Below, piece by piece: positions 58,701 to 64,000 of a DNA stretch of 64,000 nt (position 1 is the stretch's first letter; each line of letters opens with the position of its first letter). Both the position numbers and the translations under genes were made by a program. The stretch comes from Planctomycetota bacterium. Lineage in GTDB: Bacteria; Planctomycetota; GCA-002687715; CAIWVZ01. The notes under the pieces are model-generated. The model was not told the DNA's origin. It searched no databases and worked only from the letters and a program-made list of their open reading frames with translations. The DNA lies in assembly GCA_044222185.1 (NCBI GenBank), contig JBGANV010000002.1, positions 544,001-608,000 on the forward strand, written 5' to 3'.

Positions 58701-59341
58701 AGAACGAGGATCGCCGTCACGATCCAGCTTCGGCCCGGATCGACCCGCGTGCGCGTCAGCGCCACGTGCGCGGCGAACACCAGCAGAGCGAACGCGAGCC
58801 CCGCGAGTTGGAGGTGCACGTCCAGGTAGAGCCCCGAGTACTTCGTCGCGTTCTGATGCAGCACGGCGCAGGCCAGGCCGACGAGCGGCAGCGCCAGCCA
58901 GCGGCGCGCGTCCATCCGTGAGAGGACGAGAACCCCGAACGCCGTGGCGATCGGGGCCACGATGCGGAATCCCCACTCCAGCGCCGGCCGGTACGGCTTG
59001 TCGTGGATGCCGCCGCCGGAGAAGAGGCCCAGGTTCAGCCATTCGACGGCGACGGCGGCGAGGATCGCGAGCACCCACGCGGTCCCGCTCGCGCGCCAGC
59101 GCAAGCGCCCGAGCGCGGCGTCGATCACGGCGAGCGCGAGTGCGGCGACGAGTCCGATCGCCGTGATCTCACCGGCGATCTGGAGGACGTACGCGGAAAG
59201 CTCGGACCCGCCGCGCAGCGGCTGCCCCGGTCGGAACTTCAGTCCGATGAATCCGTCGAGCAGGCTGAACAGAAGTCCGCCGAGGAGGATCGGGGCGACG
59301 CACCGAAGCCCGCGTCGAGGCTCGTCGGCAAACAGCTTCAT
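55751..59341 (-). CDS. Membrane-anchored sulfatase/alkaline-phosphatase-superfamily protein with HEAT/TPR-like and C-terminal Ig-like domains
   Basis: About 7 N-terminal TM; AIDTLRGDH, DPHAPY, YDSEV, ADHGEEF..HG...HG. ATG 59341 overlaps the upstream stop. Confidence 0.85.
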   Translation of the reverse strand: MKLFADEPRRGLRCVAPILLGGLLFSLLDGFIGLKFRPGQPLRGGSELSAYVLQIAGEITAIGLVAALALAVIDAALGRLRWRASGTAWVLAILAAVAVEWLNLGLFSGGGIHDKPYRPALEWGFRIVAPIATAFGVLVLSRMDARRWLALPLVGLACAVLHQNATKYSGLYLDVHLQLAGLAFALLVFAAHVALTRTRVDPGRSWIVTAILVLLAFGGIELAIHGRKVGPLKKGWDRAAQAVANRPQGFAQLTDLAAPLMRVAGRKGPEVAEAVNVTDLVNRLAPQLSGGTAMNVADRANIAKELDQRLPNRRKLNVLWLAIDTLRGDHCGFLGYPRKTTPTLDRIAEDAFVFEHAYTPYPTSNYAFSATLTSLAARISLVFGKKYNRPYEYHPLHSFPALVKTAGFMPCAVTSFDRDDLQNIRLFLNLKDGFDVFNPDQTDAAPDGAYIADSTIKVLRGHLADKAKPFFLWSHLIDPHAPYVRHPEFDFGKENIDEYDSEVAFSDHAAGRILDELAAQDRLKDTIIVLFADHGEEFNEHGFTTHGTTVYEEQIHVPLLIRIPGIKGHRVKTNVSLMDLVPTMTELLAVKDPVRRLGRSLLPLMFGSDEKEGGIVYSEVFGIRSEQHVKDRRAVIFGRRKLIYRVQENTFELYDLDRDARERQSLIGRGEADEGTLRGWLEAWDKTIDTYFGTAAAESRPVKDEIESLLGKITDPDQKVARPAAEQIYQHLFNSYGELQPKTLASISMEQMDAVFDRLAEVYPKLKGLTKIAVLSALARRESPRFADLFKRQLKQGGESTLLACTALAAIGDDAGKELLEAAVDAPQLPNKSDVGWSLIRLGSPKALDWFYMDLMSVKFGRPLRETILSLPRMRVMVEAAHNDKLPPPTRILRDRVFEEPYRHPEVNRAIVDAMRNDESEDAKLILLRLARNEEEDIRDRARAALALVMTPADLDKNLSAQDDEMAADDKLLNGQWLAAVEKYESALARGTLKNVGARFRMARALHFAAAGPDAAAVVAKARSVLDEIEKLATIPMDKSLVARRREELAWPRDVDGSKLKFTVLDHKVPEYIKPGDWFSMSLRLRNDGPQPWYGGWCAGSVELCVRFIGPDGKLHETQREKNVTNRFLEHGVLPGEETTINLLGVGMPAAKKEGDLTVLFRNTRARYAGDGIVFRKAWKSNEPESAPTTKRSGSK

Positions 59342-61392
59342 TTGGGTCTCGAGAGTCTGTCGACGGGGCACCGCCACATCTCGTGCGTGTCGTGGCCTCG
59401 GAGGATGTAGACGTACGTCTGGGCCTGGCCTTCGGCCTTCGGGTCGATGGACTTGGGGACGGACTCGACGACGATCCGATTCCCCTGAACCGAGGCCGAA
59501 TCGGGCAGGTCCACGAGTCGCTCGAACGTGCGCGTCGCGAGATCGAGCACGCCGAAATCCCGCGTGATCCCGCCGCGAACGATGAACGCGCTTCCCTTCG
59601 CCCCGTGCTTCATGGCGCAGGTGACCATTCCACCGTCCCACGAGATTGGGAACGGGAGCGTGGCGAACTTCGACCACGCGGATGTCGCCACGTCGAACTT
59701 CCAGACGGTCGCGTCGGGGATGGCGTAGACGTCCGTCCCGTCGGTGAACAACCCCGTGCCCACCTTGCCGACGGGCGTCGCCTCGTCGGGGAGCGGCGGT
59801 GCGACGGACCAGTTCTTCGTCGCGAGGTCGAACTTCCAGAACTCGCGAGTGCCGGCCCCACGCAGCGCCCAGAGCGACGTTCCCAACGCGACGAGCCGCG
59901 CCCCCTGGTCGACCTTCGCCGGTGCCGGCGCAAGCTCCTGGAACTTGCCGGACTCCAGCGTGATCACGCCGAAGAACGTGTCCTGGCCGGTGAAGTAGTA
60001 GATCCCGTCCTTGCCGGCGACGCCGGCAACGCCCGGCATGATCTTCTTGCCGAGCGGCGCGCCCGGGTAATCGGTCCACCGATCGCCGACGGCGTCGTAG
60101 CGGCGGATCTCCGCCTTGCGCATGACGAAGAACGACGGCGTGCCGCCGCCCGCCACCGCCGAATCCATCACGCCTTCGAGGCCGAGCGGTCCGGGGCGGC
60201 GTACGAGGCTCGACCCGTTCTGCTCGTGAAAGAGTTCCCACGGGCTGCTCACGTCCGCCGCGCGCGACGTGGCGCTGATCCGCTCGAGCTTGTCGAGGGG
60301 GATCCGCCACAGCGTGTTGCGCGGTCGCGGCAGGTAGACGTAGAGGAACTTGACGTCACCGACCTTCACGATGGCGGCGCGACTGCCCTCCACGGACGCC
60401 GGCTCGGGGAGGCGCGGCCGCAGGTAGTCGAACTTCTTCTTCGCGGGCTCGTAGACGCCGAGCGTCCGCGACGCCATGCCCTGGATCGCCCAGAGGAGGT
60501 GGGTCTCCGCATCGAAGGCGAAGCCGCCTCCGTCGCAGTTGGGGCGAAAGCCCATGGACGTCCACGTGCCCTTGCCCCAGCTTTGCGTCTTCGTGTCGAA
60601 GCGCTGCACGTGGTGATCGGGCCACGCGAAGATCGCGCCCGCGTCGCCCACGAGGAACCCCGTCGTGATGCCGCACGCCACGACCTTCACGTCGGGCAGT
60701 CCCACGTTCGTGAGCGTCGCCCACGCGTTCGTGGCCGGGTCGTACTTCCAGAACGTGAGCCGCTTCTTTCCCTGGAGCGCGTAGACCTTGCCACCCTCGA
60801 TCGCGAGGAAGCCTCCGCGGCCCACCGTGTCGGGCGCGCCCGCGACTTCCGCCACCTCGTCGGTCGCGAGCGAGTACTTCCAGAACCCACGGGATGAGCC
60901 GCGCAGGATGTAGATCACGTCCTGCGCCGCATCGAACGCCGCGGACGCACCCTCGCCGATCAAGGCCGGCATCTTCGCGTTGCGCGTCGACCAGCGGCTC
61001 GTCGCGGGATCGAACACGGCGATGCGCATGCCGTCGAAGAGCCAGAGCTTCTGATGAGCCTGGATCATGACGGCCGGTTCGGAGGGCGCCGGGTCCAGGC
61101 CCGCGATCGCCTCCCACGCCGTACCCGTCACGACGGGGACGTCGGTGCCGACGGGGAACCGCTCCGGGGGGAGATCCTGCGGTCTCGGCGCAGCGGGCGT
61201 CTTCGGGGCGGGCTTGCCGGCTGGCTTCGTCGTCGTCGAACCCTTCGGCGCGGGGGCCTCCTGCGTTGCTCCGGCAGGCGCCGGCTCCGGCGGCCCCGCG
61301 TCCTTGCCGCATCCTGCGGTCGCCAGCGCGACCACGAGCGCGACGCCGAGTTGCGCCGTCAGGCCACCGTGCGTGGGTCGCGCGTTCGACAT
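59338..61392 (-). CDS. Kelch-repeat beta-propeller lipoprotein
   Basis: Lipobox ATAG-C, Pro/Ala linker, repeated (I/V)Y.L.G....FW(K/R)Y(D/S)...W blades. Confidence 0.82.
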   Translation of the reverse strand: MSNARPTHGGLTAQLGVALVVALATAGCGKDAGPPEPAPAGATQEAPAPKGSTTTKPAGKPAPKTPAAPRPQDLPPERFPVGTDVPVVTGTAWEAIAGLDPAPSEPAVMIQAHQKLWLFDGMRIAVFDPATSRWSTRNAKMPALIGEGASAAFDAAQDVIYILRGSSRGFWKYSLATDEVAEVAGAPDTVGRGGFLAIEGGKVYALQGKKRLTFWKYDPATNAWATLTNVGLPDVKVVACGITTGFLVGDAGAIFAWPDHHVQRFDTKTQSWGKGTWTSMGFRPNCDGGGFAFDAETHLLWAIQGMASRTLGVYEPAKKKFDYLRPRLPEPASVEGSRAAIVKVGDVKFLYVYLPRPRNTLWRIPLDKLERISATSRAADVSSPWELFHEQNGSSLVRRPGPLGLEGVMDSAVAGGGTPSFFVMRKAEIRRYDAVGDRWTDYPGAPLGKKIMPGVAGVAGKDGIYYFTGQDTFFGVITLESGKFQELAPAPAKVDQGARLVALGTSLWALRGAGTREFWKFDLATKNWSVAPPLPDEATPVGKVGTGLFTDGTDVYAIPDATVWKFDVATSAWSKFATLPFPISWDGGMVTCAMKHGAKGSAFIVRGGITRDFGVLDLATRTFERLVDLPDSASVQGNRIVVESVPKSIDPKAEGQAQTYVYILRGHDTHEMWRCPVDRLSRPK

Positions 61393-61404
61393 GATTCCGA
61401 TGCT

Positions 61405-62883
61405 TCAGGCCTCGATCCGGGTGTCGGCCCGGGTCGTCCCGGTCCGCGTCGGGGTTCGCCACGTCCCGTCCAGCAACCGTTTGTAGATGGCAACCAGTTC
61501 CTCGGCGTTGTCCGCCACTGGCTTGATGCGCGGCGGGTTGCCGGCCAAGGTCGGCACCAGGGATCTATCGTTGGCGATCCGCAGCATCTTCCGCGCGAGA
61601 TCATCCTTGTCGCCGAGGCGGAAAGTCCAGCCGTAGTTGTTCGCCTGGGCGAACTCCAGCATCCCGCCCCGATCGGAGACGAGGATGGGCGTCCGGCTCA
61701 TGGCGGCTTCGTTGAGCGTGAGCGGTGCGTTCTCGAACCAGATCGACGGCAGGACGAGCACGTCGATGTTCTGGAGGACCTGGCTCACCTGCTTGTTGTC
61801 GAAGCGACCGTGGAACTTCACGTACGGGCAGTGTGACGACTTCGCCTTCTGCTCCTGGAAGTAGTCGCCGCTCCAGCGGTTGGGGGCGCCGTAGACGTGC
61901 AGTTCGATGTCGACCCGGCCGATCACCGCCTGCAGGAACGCATCCACGAGGACCTGCACGCCTTTCGTCTTGATCACCGACCCCATGAACCCGAAGCGAA
62001 GCCGCGGGCTCGGCGTCTTCGGAAGCTCCTGCACGTACGAGAAGTCCATCCCGTTCGCCGAGTGCATGATCTTGTCCGCGCCGACCCCGAACTTCTGGAC
62101 GAACTCGTCCCGAAGGAAGGCCGATGGCGTGATGAGAAGATCGCACTGGGCGAGCGCCGCCTGCATGTCGTGCCAGCGGTTGATGAACGGATTCGCGCTT
62201 TCCGGCGGTCGATGCGCGGCCGATGGAGCCACGAGGTTCCGGGCCGTCCGGGCGGCGGCGTACAGTGCGGCCCGCGGCCGTCGTCCCGCAACCCCCGGCG
62301 TCGCCGCGACTCGTTCACGGTAGAAGCGGTCGAAGACGTGCCGGACGCCCTTGGGCGACGCGCCATTCGACTGATCGTCGCCCGGGTCCTGCCAGCCGGC
62401 GCCGTAAACGCAGGGACCACACTTGCGGAAGTCGATGGGGTCGCAGATCTGGTAGTCCGTGTAGCACATGCGTTGACCCATGGGACACATGGCCCAGAAG
62501 TCATGCAACGTCATGAGCATCTTGATGCCGCGTTCACGGACAGCGGCTATACAGCCCATGCCCAATCCGACGAGGTGCTGGAAGTGGACGACGTCGGGTT
62601 TCACCTCGTCGAGGAACGCCTCGAAGATCTTGCGGACGTGATCGTCCTGGTAGGACCTGGTCAGCGGCGCCCATTCGAGATCGGCACAGTTGAAGAACCG
62701 GATCTTCAGGCCGTCGCGTTCTTCGTCGTGAATGCGATAGGTCTCGACCTTCGGGTCCTGGAGTCGGGCGAAGACGAAGACCTGGTGGTTGGCTGCCTGC
62801 GCGCGGGCGATGTTGTAGGTGTAGATCGCCGTGCCGGCGAGTTCGTACGGCGGCAGTTCGTGGGAGACGTGGACGATGCGCAT
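61405..62883 (-). CDS. GT4 glycosyltransferase
   Basis: HELPP...GT, HDFWAMCP, KGVQVL, PSIWFENAPL. Confidence 0.92.
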   Translation of the reverse strand: MRIVHVSHELPPYELAGTAIYTYNIARAQAANHQVFVFARLQDPKVETYRIHDEERDGLKIRFFNCADLEWAPLTRSYQDDHVRKIFEAFLDEVKPDVVHFQHLVGLGMGCIAAVRERGIKMLMTLHDFWAMCPMGQRMCYTDYQICDPIDFRKCGPCVYGAGWQDPGDDQSNGASPKGVRHVFDRFYRERVAATPGVAGRRPRAALYAAARTARNLVAPSAAHRPPESANPFINRWHDMQAALAQCDLLITPSAFLRDEFVQKFGVGADKIMHSANGMDFSYVQELPKTPSPRLRFGFMGSVIKTKGVQVLVDAFLQAVIGRVDIELHVYGAPNRWSGDYFQEQKAKSSHCPYVKFHGRFDNKQVSQVLQNIDVLVLPSIWFENAPLTLNEAAMSRTPILVSDRGGMLEFAQANNYGWTFRLGDKDDLARKMLRIANDRSLVPTLAGNPPRIKPVADNAEELVAIYKRLLDGTWRTPTRTGTTRADTRIEA

Positions 62884-62991
62884 GGAGGTGCCGGCAAGGG
62901 TGGAGGTCGCGAGCGCGGGGGGTGCACCCGGAAGGCGCCTGTTTTATCGACCGTCTTGCGCCTGCGCCATCCGGTCGGCCGGAAGTCGACA

Positions 62992-62997
62992 TATAAT
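62992..62997 (+). promoter_or_regulatory. Possible sigma-70 -10 box for the downstream GT4
   Basis: Perfect TATAAT in the divergent intergenic region of a GC-rich genome, about 80 bp upstream of ATG 63079. No good -35 box. Confidence 0.3.
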
Positions 62998-63078
62998 CGC
63001 GCACGAAGCGAGCGCATTTGGCCGCCTGACGTGGCGTACGAACCGACCGGATTCGAGAGGTCCCCTGGGAACGAACGG

Positions 63079-64000
63079 ATGAGAATCCTCTTTGCGTTGC
63101 ACACCTACCTGCCCGCAGGGCGAGGCGGGACGGAGATCCACGTTCATTCCCTGGCGCGGGTCCTGGCCCGCGAGCACGTGGTCCGGGTCGTCTGCCGGGA
63201 AGCAGATCCTCAGAAACCGGACGGGACCGTCACGCGCGACTCCATCGACGGGATCGACGTCGCGCGGATCAACTGCCGGTGGGACCACCCGCCGGAGTTC
63301 GAGTGGATCTACAAGAATCCGACGATCCACAGTCTCTTTGAGAAGGAGCTCGTCGAGTTCAAGCCTGACCTCGTCCACATCCACCACCTCACCGGCCTGT
63401 CGACGACCATCATCGAGACGATCAAGGCCGGCGGGCTCCCGCTGGTCTTCACGCTCCACGACTTCTGGACGATCTGCCCCCGCGGCCAGCGGATGACCAA
63501 GGAACTCACGATCTGCGACGACATCGATCGCAACATCTGCTTCCACTGCCTCACGGGGGTCTGGCCGGAGGTCTTCAGCAACCGCGACTCGCAACGCACC
63601 GTTCTCGACTCACGCGGACGACTTGCGCCGCAGAACCTGGCGGACTTCGACCGCCACATGGCCTACATCCTGGGACTGGTCGACGTGATGATCGCGCCGT
63701 CCTACTTCCACCGTGAGAGGATGCTCGACTTCCCGCTGCCGGGCGAGCGCATCGTGGCGCTGCCCCACGGGCTCGATCACAGCCCCTACCGCGGCGTGGT
63801 CCGCGCGGTCCGACCGGTGAAGCGGATCGGCTTCATCGGGTCCGTGATCCCGGTCAAGGGCTGCCACGTCCTCGTGGATGCGTTCAAGCGCCTTGCGCGG
63901 GCCGATCTCGAACTCCACATCCACGGGGAGGGGTTCCCGTTCCACGACGACCGCAACTACTTCGAGCGGCTGAAATCCCGGGTCATCGGCCAGCGGAACG
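63079..64000 (+). CDS. GT4 glycosyltransferase (3'-truncated; absent from the ORF track)
   Basis: Manual translation: MRILFALHTYLPAGRGGTEIHV...HDFWTICPRGQR...ICDD...ICFHC...GFIGSVIPVKG, open to the window end. Confidence 0.9.
   Translation, partial: MRILFALHTYLPAGRGGTEIHVHSLARVLAREHVVRVVCREADPQKPDGTVTRDSIDGIDVARINCRWDHPPEFEWIYKNPTIHSLFEKELVEFKPDLVHIHHLTGLSTTIIETIKAGGLPLVFTLHDFWTICPRGQRMTKELTICDDIDRNICFHCLTGVWPEVFSNRDSQRTVLDSRGRLAPQNLADFDRHMAYILGLVDVMIAPSYFHRERMLDFPLPGERIVALPHGLDHSPYRGVVRAVRPVKRIGFIGSVIPVKGCHVLVDAFKRLARADLELHIHGEGFPFHDDRNYFERLKSRVIGQRN

Noticed and set aside
55463-58921. 1152-aa plus-strand ORF, and similar long antisense ORFs (2806-5001, 24024-26816, 42491-44584, 44379-46523)
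   Set aside because: Shadow frames opposite well-supported genes, produced by GC3 bias; no recognisable motifs.
59342-60310. N-terminal 320-aa extension of the 1519-aa sulfatase-like ORF
   Set aside because: It overlaps the Kelch gene in another frame and is Arg-rich junk; the real start is most likely ATG 59341.

Overview
GC-rich bacterial chromosomal segment with about 46 protein-coding genes. No rRNA, tRNA, CRISPR array, intact transposase or integrase was recognised. Gene content (membrane-tethered ECF sigma fusion, many secreted proteins with a shared C-terminal domain, large sulfatase-like proteins) suggests an uncultured Planctomycetota-like organism; this is inference. Contents in order: tamB and a lipoprotein Omp85 gene; a translationally coupled four-gene operon (nucleotidyltransferase-fold protein, TIGR04222-type membrane protein with a Gly/Cys tail, DUF692/MNIO iron enzyme, small partner); thioredoxin-fold genes; Ni/Co and CDF metal transporters; an amidase; an ECF sigma fusion; CHAD-CYTH; RNase D; a LysM/membrane cassette; surface-glycan genes (WecA-like, O-antigen ligase-like, gmd, several GT4s, sulfatase-like, Kelch lipoprotein); two alpha-glucan hydrolases; def, an acyltransferase and an aminotransferase. 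The best candidates for undescribed biology are (1) the MNIO operon, which may modify a membrane-anchored Cys/Gly tail, (2) a C-terminal PxDP...QA...[TS]N[AT]L domain shared by three unlinked secreted proteins, possibly a sorting or secretion signal, (3) a LysM anchor / four-His membrane enzyme / small Glu-rich membrane protein cassette, and (4) a roughly 180-nt structured RNA candidate at 24.04-24.22 kb. All family calls come from motif recognition by eye, not database searches.
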